Under the pieces are notes generated by a model, which was not told the origin of the DNA, ran no database searches, and saw nothing but the letters and a program-made list of their open reading frames with translations. Source: Acidimicrobiia bacterium (GTDB lineage: Bacteria > Actinomycetota > Acidimicrobiia > IMCC26256 > PALSA-555). From it: a stretch of DNA of 45,691 nucleotides. Shown here piece after piece: positions 9,491-17,689 of the stretch. The first letter of the stretch is position 1. Every line of letters starts with the position of its first letter. The DNA is taken from positions 1 to 45,691 of the forward strand of contig JANOHN010000320.1 of NCBI GenBank assembly GCA_031406505.1, written 5' to 3'. Position numbers and translations under genes: made by a program.

Positions 9491-10077
9491 AGCGAGCCCT
9501 TGGTGCTCGGGATCTCGGCGCCTTCGACCTTCACGGCGTCGCGCAACGAGCGCGCCACACCCTTGAACGACGCCTCGATGATGTGATGACCGTTCTTGCC
9601 CGAGACTTTGCGGATGTGGAGCGTGATCCCGGCCGCAACCACGAACGCGCGCCAGAACTCCTCACAGAGCTGCGGATCGAACGTGCCGATCCACTCGGAG
9701 ACGGGATCCACCTCGTAGACGAGGAACGGACGGCCCGAGAGATCGAGCGCCACCTGCACGAGTGCTTCGTCGAGTGGCACCAGGGATGACGCGAAGCGGC
9801 GCACTCCGGCCTTGTCGCCGAGCGCCTCCTTGAGCGACTCCCCCAACGCGATGCCGACGTCTTCGACCGTGTGGTGCAGGTCGACCTCGAGGTCGCCCTC
9901 GGCGGCGATCGTGAGGTCCAGTCCGCCGTGCTTGCCGAGCTGCTCGAGCATGTGATCGAAGAACGGGATCCCCGTCGACGCCGACGCGTTGCCCTGACCA
10001 TCGACGTCGAGCGTGAGATCGATCCGGGTCTCCTTCGTGGCGCGGTGTCGCTCGGCGCGTCGCGGTGCCGTGCTCAT
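9487..10077 (-). CDS. hisB: Imidazoleglycerol-phosphate dehydratase
   Basis: 196 aa with RATKETRIDLTLDVDG...GIPFFDHMLEQLGKHG...DLHHTVEDVGIALG...GKNGHHIIEASFKG, the canonical IGPD motifs. Confidence 0.95.
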   Translation of the reverse strand: MSTAPRRAERHRATKETRIDLTLDVDGQGNASASTGIPFFDHMLEQLGKHGGLDLTIAAEGDLEVDLHHTVEDVGIALGESLKEALGDKAGVRRFASSLVPLDEALVQVALDLSGRPFLVYEVDPVSEWIGTFDPQLCEEFWRAFVVAAGITLHIRKVSGKNGHHIIEASFKGVARSLRDAVKVEGAEIPSTKGSL

Positions 10078-11159
10078 GCCGCCTCCTCAGTGAGTGCGTC
10101 TCGAAGTGCGGTGAGCAGCGCGTCATCCTCCTCGGGTGTTCCCACGGTGATCCGCAAGCAGTTGTCGAGCCGCGGCCACCGGGAGAAGTCTCGTACCAGG
10201 ATCCCGCGTTCTACCAGGCGTTGCCAGAGCGCGTGGCCGTCACCGTCGACGCGGATCAGCACGAAGTTCGCGCCCGACGGGTACACGTTGAGCCCGGGCA
10301 GCCGAGCGAGCGCACCTGCGAGCCGGTCGCGCTCAGCCACAAGTGCTGCCACCCGCTCGCGCATCTCGCCGTCGAAGCGCAGGGCCTCGCATCCCGCGAC
10401 CTGCGTGGCCGCCGACAGGTGATACGGCAGCACGGTCTTCTCGAGCTCCCCGATCACCTCGACCGGACCGACCGCGAAGCCGAGTCGCAGCGCGGCGAGC
10501 GACCAGACCTTGGAGTACGTGCGGACAACGACGAGCGGAACCTCATCGCCGACGAGCTCAAGCGCGCTGTGCTCGGCGAACTCGCCGTACGCCTCGTCGA
10601 CCACGAGCAAGCCGTTGCCGAGATCCACCACCGCCGCGAGCAGCGCTTCGATCGTCGCGCGCGACTCCACGGTGCCCGTCGGATTGTTCGGGCTGCAGAG
10701 CAAGACGACCGCCGGCCGCTCGGTTGCCATCACCACTCCCGCCTCGGTGGGTGAGACCGTGAAGTCGGCTGCGCGCTCCGCCGTGACCACTTCGGTGGCA
10801 GTGATGCGGGCGATGTGCGCGTGCAGGGCGTACGTGGGCTCGAACACGAGTGCGCTCCGCTCAGGTCCCGCGTACGTCAACAGGAGCGTCTGGAGCACCT
10901 CGTTGGAGCCATTGGCGCCGAACACGCGGCCCTCCGGCTGGTTGAGCGTGGCCGCGATCCCGGCGCGCAGGTCGCGAGCACCCCGGTCCGGATACCGATT
11001 GAGTGGGACCTCCCGCAGTGCCGCGAGCCAGGCGTCGACAAACGCCGGCGGCGGCCCGTACGGACTCTCGTTCGTGTTGAGCCGGACGGAGACGTCGAGC
11101 TGGGGCGAGTGGTAGCCCTCGAGCGCGGCCAGATCGGGGCGCGGCTTCGGCAGGCTCAT
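10074..11159 (-). CDS. hisC: Histidinol-phosphate aminotransferase
   Basis: 361 aa, a class-II aminotransferase with LNTNESPYGPP, NPNNPTG and the YSKVWSLAALRLG PLP-lysine region. It has 4-nt overlaps with hisD and hisB. Confidence 0.93.
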   Translation of the reverse strand: MSLPKPRPDLAALEGYHSPQLDVSVRLNTNESPYGPPPAFVDAWLAALREVPLNRYPDRGARDLRAGIAATLNQPEGRVFGANGSNEVLQTLLLTYAGPERSALVFEPTYALHAHIARITATEVVTAERAADFTVSPTEAGVVMATERPAVVLLCSPNNPTGTVESRATIEALLAAVVDLGNGLLVVDEAYGEFAEHSALELVGDEVPLVVVRTYSKVWSLAALRLGFAVGPVEVIGELEKTVLPYHLSAATQVAGCEALRFDGEMRERVAALVAERDRLAGALARLPGLNVYPSGANFVLIRVDGDGHALWQRLVERGILVRDFSRWPRLDNCLRITVGTPEEDDALLTALRDALTEEAA

Positions 11160-12454
11160 CGTTGCGACCCGCGCATGGTCACGGAACGCCCGTGCTCGGG
11201 GAGCCCTTCCACGTCGGCGAACGCCTGCACGTAGGGCGTCACGCGTCGCAACGCGGCCTCATCCAGGTTGACCACGTGAATGTGCTTGCGAAAGTCGTCG
11301 ACCCGCAGTGCGCTCGCGAAGCGAGCCGAGCCACCGGTTGGCAACACGTGGTTCACGCCCGCCACGTAGTCCCCCACGACCGCCGGCGCCCACGGACCGC
11401 AGAACACCGCACCGGCGTTGCGAACCAGCGGCAGAAGCGCCTCAGGATCCGTGGTGAGCAACTCGAGGTGCTCGGGCGCGATCGCGTTCGCTACCTCAAC
11501 CGCGGTCTCGGGATCGTCGACGAGCACCGAACGACCTCCGCTCACGAGTGTGGCTTCGATGTCGCCGCGACGCGGTGAGCCGGCGAGGAGCTTCTCGATG
11601 GCCGCGTCGACTCCGTTCGCAACCGACTCGCTCCACGTGACCACCACAGCCGCGCCGTCGGGACCGTGCTCGGACTGTGCGAGCAGGTCAGCGGCGATGA
11701 GGTCGACGGGCGATGTCTCGTCGGCGATGACCACGAGCTCGGACGGGCCCGCGTGGTCCGTCTTCACGATGTTGGCGACCTCGCGCTTGGCCAATGCCAC
11801 GTAGATGTTGCCGGGTCCGTGGATCGCGTCGACCGCAGGGATGGACTCGGTGCCGTACGCCATCGCCGCGATCGCCTGCGCGCCCCCTACCCGGTACACC
11901 TCATCGATCTCGACGAGCGCGGCTGCCGCGAGGGTCGCCGCGGGAACCTGTCCATCCGGGCCAGGGGGCACGCACAGGGCGACCTGACCGACCCCAGCCA
12001 CTCGGGCCGGGATCGCCGTCATGAGCACGGTGGACGGATAGTTCGCTCGGCCACCCGGCACGTAGGAGCCGGCGCGGTCGATGGGCACGACGAGCTCGCG
12101 GATCCGCACGCCGTCGCGCTCGACGCCAGCTTCGGTGGCCTGCTGCGCCTCGTGATACGCGCGGATCTCACCGGCGGCGTACTCCAGCGCGGCGCGGAAC
12201 TCGGGTTCGGCTCCGTCGAGGGCAGCCTTCGCCTCACTGGTCGAGACTCTGAGGTCATCAATGTCGCAACCGTCGAGCTGCTTCGTGTACTCGCGAACGG
12301 CCGCGTCGCCACGAGTACGCACGCCTTCGATGATCTCTTGCACGACGCGAGTCTTGGTGCTGTCGTCGTCGGCACGATCGCGTTTGACGGCCGCGACGAG
12401 GTCGCCGGTGAATCCGCGGAGATCGAGTCGCGCCAGCATGGGAAGCCGCTTCAT
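11156..12454 (-). CDS. hisD: Histidinol dehydrogenase
   Basis: The track ORF 11156..12727 was trimmed to the ATG at 12454 (MKRLPMLARLDL), and the ATG at 12439 is also possible. HisD motifs are present (AIPARVAGV, GGAQAIAAMAYGTESIPAVDAIHGPGNIYV, QSEHGPD). The upstream 91 codons have shadow composition and overlap a better plus-strand ORF. Confidence 0.93.
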   Translation of the reverse strand: MKRLPMLARLDLRGFTGDLVAAVKRDRADDDSTKTRVVQEIIEGVRTRGDAAVREYTKQLDGCDIDDLRVSTSEAKAALDGAEPEFRAALEYAAGEIRAYHEAQQATEAGVERDGVRIRELVVPIDRAGSYVPGGRANYPSTVLMTAIPARVAGVGQVALCVPPGPDGQVPAATLAAAALVEIDEVYRVGGAQAIAAMAYGTESIPAVDAIHGPGNIYVALAKREVANIVKTDHAGPSELVVIADETSPVDLIAADLLAQSEHGPDGAAVVVTWSESVANGVDAAIEKLLAGSPRRGDIEATLVSGGRSVLVDDPETAVEVANAIAPEHLELLTTDPEALLPLVRNAGAVFCGPWAPAVVGDYVAGVNHVLPTGGSARFASALRVDDFRKHIHVVNLDEAALRRVTPYVQAFADVEGLPEHGRSVTMRGSQR

Positions 12455-12523
12455 CGTAATCACCGAGATCGGACGAACCCGACGAATTGCCCAGATCTCG
12501 CGCCTGAGGCAAGGCTGGACGCC

Positions 12524-12721
12524 ATGACGCCGTCGGATCTCGCCGAGCTGTCGACCTTGCGCGCACAGGTGGACGACCTCGTGGTGCGCGTGGTCGCGAT
12601 CGCCGAGCGCTTCGACGATGGCCCCGACTCGTCGATCGCCACCGATCTCTTTGCTACCGAACGCGCCCTCATGACCGCCCGACGCTCCTTGGAGCGCGCC
12701 ATCTTGAACCTCGAGCGCTGA
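12524..12721 (+). CDS. Hypothetical 65-aa helical protein
   Basis: The sequence is MTPSDLAELSTLRAQVDDLVVRVVAIAERFDDGPDSSIATDLFATERALMTARRSLERAILNLER. By my count about 88 percent of codons end in G/C. It is the C-terminal part of track ORF 11666..12721 and lies divergent from hisD. Confidence 0.5.
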   Translation: MTPSDLAELSTLRAQVDDLVVRVVAIAERFDDGPDSSIATDLFATERALMTARRSLERAILNLER

Positions 12722-12736
12722 CTCCACACGGCTCGT

Positions 12737-13390
12737 TCAGCCCTTGAACGCCGACGGGCACACGTCGTTCAGGAGGCACACATCGCACTTCGGGCGCCGA
12801 GCGATGCACACCTGACGCCCATGCTGGATCAAGCGCAACGACAGCCCACCGCGCTCGTCCGGCTCCACCAACGCACCGAGGTCGTGCTCCGCCTTCACTG
12901 GGTCGGTCTCGTTCGTGAGCTTCAAGAGTCGAGACAGGCGACCGACGTGCGTGTCGACCGGGAGGCCAGGGAGCCCGAATGCGACTGAGCGGATGACGTT
13001 GCCCGTCTTGCGACCAACGCCCGGGAGTGTGACGAGGTCGTCGAGCTCGGTCGGGACCTCGCCGGCGAACCGTTCTTCGAGCGCGTTCGCCATCCCGATG
13101 AGGCTCTTCGTCTTCTGGCGGAAGAAGCCCGTCGCGTGGATGAGCCCCTCGACGTCGGCGGGGTCGGCCTCAGCCAGATCTGTGGGCGTCGGATAGCGGG
13201 CGAACAGCGCGGGGGTGACCTTGTTCACCATCTCGTCGGTGCATTGTGCGGAGAGGATCGTCGCGGCGAGGAGCTGGAACGGGCTGTCGTGTGCGAGCGC
13301 GCAGAGATCACGCGCGGAGCCCGGGTACTCGCCCTTCAGTCGTGCGAGCACGATGTCGGCGCGTGCGCGCGCTCCTCGTGGACGGGCCAT
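12737..13390 (-). CDS. nth: Endonuclease III
   Basis: 217 aa with a HhH-GPD fold (LVTLPGVGRKTGNVI), the catalytic region VDTHVGRLSRLL, and a C-terminal 4Fe-4S cluster loop CIARRPKCDVCLLNDVC. Confidence 0.93.
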   Translation of the reverse strand: MARPRGARARADIVLARLKGEYPGSARDLCALAHDSPFQLLAATILSAQCTDEMVNKVTPALFARYPTPTDLAEADPADVEGLIHATGFFRQKTKSLIGMANALEERFAGEVPTELDDLVTLPGVGRKTGNVIRSVAFGLPGLPVDTHVGRLSRLLKLTNETDPVKAEHDLGALVEPDERGGLSLRLIQHGRQVCIARRPKCDVCLLNDVCPSAFKG

Positions 13391-13396
13391 CGCCGC

Positions 13397-13402
13397 ACGA
13401 TA
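13397..13402 (-). promoter_or_regulatory. Putative -10 box (TATCGT) 6 nt upstream of the nth ATG (leaderless-type)
   Basis: The reverse strand reads ctcTATCGTgcggcgATG with no SD. It lies in the 37-nt divergent nth/mshD spacer. Confidence 0.4.
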
Positions 13403-13418
13403 GAGCCCAACCGTCGCC

Positions 13419-13424
13419 TAGCCT
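13419..13424 (+). promoter_or_regulatory. Putative -10 box (TAGCCT) upstream of the mshD GTG (leaderless-type)
   Basis: The sequence reads cgccTAGCCTcgggtgGTG. The spacing favours the second GTG (13431) as both transcription start and start codon. Confidence 0.35.
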
Positions 13425-13427
13425 CGG

Positions 13428-14345
13428 GTGGTGATCGACGTGCGCACGCGCCATCCCGTCGCGGACGTCGATGTCGAAGTCGTCCGTGCGCTCGCCGAAG
13501 CCGCAGCCACCGCCGACGGTCATCCTTCCCTGGGTGACAGCGTCTGGCGTGACCTGCACGAACCGGGTGACGACACTGGACTCTTTCTCGCCTTCGACGG
13601 CGACGAGCCGATCGGTGCGCTCCACGCGATGCCGCGTCCCGCGGGGCTCGCCACCGTCGGCGTGGTCGTGCACCCCGATCACCGAGTGGCCGGCGCGGGG
13701 GCCGCGCTCCTCGAAGCCGCGGTCGAGTTCTTGGCTGACCTTGGCGCACGGCACGTCGTGCTCTGGGCCTTCGGTGCCGACGAGCGCTCGGATGCGTTCG
13801 CAGCGGCCGAAGGGTTCGCGCCCGAACGCGAGTTGTGGGAGATGCGCGTGCCGCTCCCCGTCGATGAGCAGCCGGCGTGGCCATCGGGGATCGCGACGCG
13901 CCCGTTCGTACCCGGTCAGGACGATGCCGAATGGTTGGCGGTGAACAACCGTGCGTTTGCCAACGACCCCGATCAGGGCGGTTGGACCGAAGCCGACCTA
14001 CGCCAGCGCGAAGCCGAGGCGTGGTTCGATCCCGCGGGCTTCTTGGTCGCCATTGACGACCGCGGTATGGCCGGCTTCTGCTGGACGAAGACGCACCCGC
14101 CCGCGCCGCCGCTGGAACCGGTCGCGCTCGGCGAGATCTATGTGATCGGTGTCGACCCTGACCGCCAGGGCACCGGGCTTGGACGCGCGCTGGTTGTTGG
14201 TGGGCTCACGTCGCTACAAGCGCGCGGCAACCCGGTCGGCATGCTGTTCGTGGATGGATCGAACACGCCGGCGACGACGCTCTACCGCGCACTCGGCTTC
14301 GACGTGACCCGCGTTGATCGCGCGTACGGACGCGACTTCGCATGA
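13428..14345 (+). CDS. mshD: Mycothiol synthase (tandem GNAT)
   Basis: 305 aa. The C-terminal half (WLAVNNRAFANDPDQGGWTEADLRQREAEAWFDPAGFLVA...GFCWTKTHP...LGEIYVIGVDPDRQGTGLGRAL...LFVDGSNTPATTLYRALGF) closely follows the MshD pattern I know from mycobacteria. The start could be the GTG at 13428 or 13431. Confidence 0.87.
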   Translation: MVIDVRTRHPVADVDVEVVRALAEAAATADGHPSLGDSVWRDLHEPGDDTGLFLAFDGDEPIGALHAMPRPAGLATVGVVVHPDHRVAGAGAALLEAAVEFLADLGARHVVLWAFGADERSDAFAAAEGFAPERELWEMRVPLPVDEQPAWPSGIATRPFVPGQDDAEWLAVNNRAFANDPDQGGWTEADLRQREAEAWFDPAGFLVAIDDRGMAGFCWTKTHPPAPPLEPVALGEIYVIGVDPDRQGTGLGRALVVGGLTSLQARGNPVGMLFVDGSNTPATTLYRALGFDVTRVDRAYGRDFA

Positions 14346-15418
14346 CGAAGCCGCCGAGCACGCGCTACGGCCTGCGGTCCGACGACCTCGAGACACTGGT
14401 CGAGTCGTGGGGCGAACCGAAGTACCGCGCGCAGCAGATCAGTGACGCGCTCTACCGACGCCGGGTCCCACTCGAAGCCGCCACCAACCTCCCAAAGGCA
14501 TTGCGCGCCCAAGCCGCCGAGAAGCTCCCGCTCGCGTTCTCCGTGGCTACCGAAGCAACCGCAGCCGACGGCGAGACGACGCGGTGGCTGTTCGAAGCGG
14601 TACGCGACGGAGCGCAAGTGGAGACAGTGCTCATGCGGTCTGCGCAGCGCGCGTCGGTATGCGTGTCGTCGCAAGCCGGATGCGCGATGGCCTGCACGTT
14701 CTGCGCGACTGGCCAAGCGGGCTTCGAGCGCCACCTCGACGCCGGCGAGATCGTTGAGCAGGTCGTACGCGCCGGGCACGGGAGCCCCCAGCCCGTCACG
14801 CATGTGGTGTACATGGGAATGGGCGAGCCCATGGCGAACTACGACGAGGTGTGGGCGTCGGTTGAGCGACTCCATGGCGATCTCGGCATCTCCGCGCGCC
14901 ACCTCACGATCAGTACGGTCGGAGTGGTGCCCGGGATGCTCCGCCTGGCCAAGGAACTACTCCCGGTCACGCTCGCCGTGTCGCTGCACGCACCGGATGA
15001 CGAGCTGCGCAGCCAGCTCGTGCCGCTGAACGCCCGCTACCCGATTGCCGCGGTGCTCGATGCCGCGGCCGAGGTAGCTGGCGCGCATGGTCGGCGGGTG
15101 TCGTTCGAGTACGCGTGCATCGCCGGTGTGAACGACTCGCTTCAACAAGCCGGGGCCCTCGCTCGGTTGCTGCGTGCGTGGCAAGGCGTGGGGGGCGCGC
15201 ACGTGAACCTCATCCCGCTGAACCCGACGACCGGATTCTCCGGTCGGGCCCCGAGCCGCATGCGCGTGCGCACGTTCCGAGATCGCCTCCGCGAGGCGGG
15301 GATCGGGGCGACCATCCGCCGCACTCGGGGCGTCGACATCGAGGCCGCCTGCGGGCAGCTCCGATCGCGCCACCCGATCACCGTGACCGACCCCGGATCG
15401 ACCACAATGGAGCCGTGA
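14342..15418 (+). CDS. rlmN: 23S rRNA/tRNA (adenine-C2)-methyltransferase, radical SAM
   Basis: 358 aa with KYRAQQI and the radical-SAM cluster CVSSQAGCAMACTFCATGQ. An ATGA overlap links it to mshD. Confidence 0.93.
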   Translation: MTKPPSTRYGLRSDDLETLVESWGEPKYRAQQISDALYRRRVPLEAATNLPKALRAQAAEKLPLAFSVATEATAADGETTRWLFEAVRDGAQVETVLMRSAQRASVCVSSQAGCAMACTFCATGQAGFERHLDAGEIVEQVVRAGHGSPQPVTHVVYMGMGEPMANYDEVWASVERLHGDLGISARHLTISTVGVVPGMLRLAKELLPVTLAVSLHAPDDELRSQLVPLNARYPIAAVLDAAAEVAGAHGRRVSFEYACIAGVNDSLQQAGALARLLRAWQGVGGAHVNLIPLNPTTGFSGRAPSRMRVRTFRDRLREAGIGATIRRTRGVDIEAACGQLRSRHPITVTDPGSTTMEP

Positions 15419-15759
15419 ACGAGCGCCGCTTCGTCAACCAGTACCAACCCCAGACCCTCGTGTCCGCCACGGTGCTCTGCTACATCCAGGCCTTCTTCTT
15501 GGTCTTGAACTTCTCGCTCCTGGCCCTGCTGGTCGCGGCGGCGCTGGGCTACGGCGGGTATGGGATCGCCAACGAGAAGAAGTGGGGCTACGGCCTCGCC
15601 GTCGCCGTCTCAGTGCTCATCGTCGTGCTCGTGCTGCTGATTGCCGGCACCGACGTGCTCGAGTTCCCGTTGATCATCAGCTTCATGTTCGACGTCGCGC
15701 TCGTCGCCCTGCTTCTCCATTCCCAATCCCGCGAGTACCAGCGCATCTGGTTCTCTTAG
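15415..15759 (+). CDS. Small integral membrane protein (about 3 TM), hypothetical
   Basis: The track ORF 15115..15759 was trimmed to the GTG at 15415, which overlaps the rlmN TGA (GTGA). Hydrophobic segments include LVSATVLCYIQAFFLVLNFSLLALLVAAALGY and LAVAVSVLIVVLVLLIAG. Confidence 0.6.
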   Translation: MNERRFVNQYQPQTLVSATVLCYIQAFFLVLNFSLLALLVAAALGYGGYGIANEKKWGYGLAVAVSVLIVVLVLLIAGTDVLEFPLIISFMFDVALVALLLHSQSREYQRIWFS

Positions 15760-15784
15760 GACGGGAGGGCAGGCCGACCCTGTT

Positions 15785-16753
15785 CTAGAACTCGGTCATC
15801 ACCTGCTCGGCGAAAAGGCGCAACGTGGTGTGGTCGGGGTAGTCGGTGCACCAGGGCACGAAGTACGTACAACCGAGATCGTTGTAGGTGCGGATCTTCT
15901 CGGCGACCTGCTCGGGTGTGCCCACGAGGTTGCCTGCTTGCCAGGAGTCGAACGGCTCACGCCAGCCGCGTGATTCGCGCATCGCGGCCACATCGCGAAC
16001 CTCCGCCTCGGTCTCGCGAACGCAGACCTCGGGGCTCCACGTGAGCTCGATCTCGGACGGGTCGCGTCCGACGTCCTTGCAGTGCCCGCGCAGCACGTCG
16101 CGCTTGTGCGCCCACTCGTCGGGTTTGCCGCCGAAGTTCGACTTGTCGGCGAGCCGAGCGACCACCCGCAACGTGATCTGCTCTCCCCCGCCACCGATCC
16201 AGATCGGAGGGTGTGGCTTCTGCACGGGCTTCGGGTCGCACTGCGCGCCGTCGAGCTTGTAGTACCGACCTTCGTACGACGCGTCAGCCTCCGACCACAT
16301 CGCCTTCACCACTTCGATGGCTTCGCGCAGCATGCCGATGCGCACCTTGGCCTCGGGGAACTCGTAGCCGTAGGCGCGGTACTCGTGGTCGTACCAGCCC
16401 GCGCCCACACCCCAGTCGAGGCGACCGCCGCTGATCACATCGATCGTGGCCGTGACCTTCGCCGTGAGCGCCGGCGGCCGGTACGACGTGCAGCTCACCA
16501 TCTGGCCGAGGCGGATGCGCGTGGTCGCGGCGGCGAGCGCAGCCATCACCGTCCAGCATTCGAACACGGTCTCGTGGGCGGGCACCGGAATGTTGTGGAA
16601 GTGGTCATAGACCCAGATCGAGTCGTAGCCCAGGCTCTCCGCCAGCAGCGTGGTCTCGAGGCACTTCGCCCACTTGTCGCCCGGCTCGGCGATGCCGACG
16701 AGCTCCGTCTTCCATCCCTGCGGCGCGAACACGCCGAACTTGATCTCGGGCAT
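15785..16753 (-). CDS. LLM-class F420-dependent oxidoreductase (luciferase-like monooxygenase family)
   Basis: 322 aa with MPEIKFGVFAPQG...LGYDSIWVYDHF...ISGGRLDWGVGAGWYDHEYRAYGYEFP, typical of the actinobacterial F420 LLM clade. An AAGGA SD lies upstream. Confidence 0.87.
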   Translation of the reverse strand: MPEIKFGVFAPQGWKTELVGIAEPGDKWAKCLETTLLAESLGYDSIWVYDHFHNIPVPAHETVFECWTVMAALAAATTRIRLGQMVSCTSYRPPALTAKVTATIDVISGGRLDWGVGAGWYDHEYRAYGYEFPEAKVRIGMLREAIEVVKAMWSEADASYEGRYYKLDGAQCDPKPVQKPHPPIWIGGGGEQITLRVVARLADKSNFGGKPDEWAHKRDVLRGHCKDVGRDPSEIELTWSPEVCVRETEAEVRDVAAMRESRGWREPFDSWQAGNLVGTPEQVAEKIRTYNDLGCTYFVPWCTDYPDHTTLRLFAEQVMTEF

Positions 16754-16799
16754 GTCGTCCGTCCTTGGTTTGAGCGCAGCCTGGGGAGTGCGCGCAACC

Positions 16800-16805
16800 T
16801 ATCGT
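16800..16805 (+). promoter_or_regulatory. Putative -10 box (TATCGT) 6 nt upstream of the methyltransferase GTG (leaderless-type)
   Basis: The sequence reads aaccTATCGTctcggtGTG. The same TANNNT-CTCGGN-GTG arrangement occurs at 25459 and 33842. Confidence 0.4.
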
Positions 16806-16811
16806 CTCGGT

Positions 16812-17678
16812 GTGCCTACCGCGCCTGACCATGACGCTTGGCGTTCGTACGACTCGGTCGTCGACGCGTACTCCCGGGTCCGCGCCGATCGCAATGCTGC
16901 ACTTGCCCGCGACCTCGTCGCCGCGGTGGCCCCGCCCTACTCGGGACGCGTCCTCGACGTTGGCGCCGGCACCGGAGTGGCCGCCGACGTTGCGATCGTC
17001 GCCACCGGATCTGATGGGACTGTGGTGGCCGTCGACCCGTCGGCCGCAATGCTGCGCGCCGAGCGTCATCCGAGCGTGTTGCGGGCTGCTGCGGCTGCGC
17101 CTGGTCTTCCGTTCGAGCCGGCCACGTTCGATCGCGTCGTCGCCAACCTGGTGATCGCGCACGTGTCCGACTACCGAATGGTGCTCGCCGACATGGCACG
17201 GGTGCTCCTTCCGTCAGGGCGCCTCGGCATCTCCGCGTGGGGTGCACTCGACGATGGTCCGCCCGTCGACGACGCGCAGGATTGCGCCGCGCACGAGGCG
17301 TGGACCGCGGCGGCCACCGAGTTCGCGCCAGCCGACGACCTCGACGGCGTTGCCGCCGAAGGCACACCGTGGGACGACTTCTTCGACGATCCGGCGAACC
17401 TGCGCGGCGCGCTCGAGGGCGCTGGACTGCGGCACGTGGAGATCACCGGTCGGGCGTACCGCTACCAGCTCTCACTCGACAACTGGCTCACGGGCCAGGA
17501 CACCACGTACCGCAGCCGCTACCTCCGGCACGTGCTCGGCGAAGACGGATGGCCCGAGTTCCGAGCGCGGGCACGCGTGCTGCTCGCCGACGCCGTACCC
17601 GATCCAGTCGACTGCGTGGACGAAGCCCTCTTCGCGGTGGGCACGAAGCCTGGTGGAACTCGGCGCGACCGTCCGTAG
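16812..17678 (+). CDS. Class I SAM-dependent methyltransferase
   Basis: The track ORF 16650..17678 overlaps the LLM gene, so it was trimmed to the GTG at 16812 on promoter-spacing grounds. The GTG at 16788 is an alternative. The SAM motif is VLDVGAGTGVAA, with FDRVVANLVIAHV and GRLGISAW downstream. Confidence 0.8.
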   Translation: MPTAPDHDAWRSYDSVVDAYSRVRADRNAALARDLVAAVAPPYSGRVLDVGAGTGVAADVAIVATGSDGTVVAVDPSAAMLRAERHPSVLRAAAAAPGLPFEPATFDRVVANLVIAHVSDYRMVLADMARVLLPSGRLGISAWGALDDGPPVDDAQDCAAHEAWTAAATEFAPADDLDGVAAEGTPWDDFFDDPANLRGALEGAGLRHVEITGRAYRYQLSLDNWLTGQDTTYRSRYLRHVLGEDGWPEFRARARVLLADAVPDPVDCVDEALFAVGTKPGGTRRDRP

Positions 17679-17681
17679 ACT
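17676..17681 (+). promoter_or_regulatory. Putative -10 box (TAGACT) 8 nt upstream of the metallopeptidase GTG
   Basis: The sequence reads ccgTAGACTcgctcgccGTG. The TAG doubles as the methyltransferase stop codon. Confidence 0.35.
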
Positions 17682-17689
17682 CGCTCGCC

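Noticed and set aside
12455-12727. 5' extension of the hisD ORF (track 11156..12727, 523 aa)
   Set aside because: HisD homology begins at MKRLPMLARLDL (12454). The extension overlaps a plus-strand ORF with a much better codon signature. Similar over-extensions were trimmed for 6016, 15115, 16650, 17237, 20728, 23694..24734, 25313, 39221..40870, 40662, 41686, 43486 and 44475.
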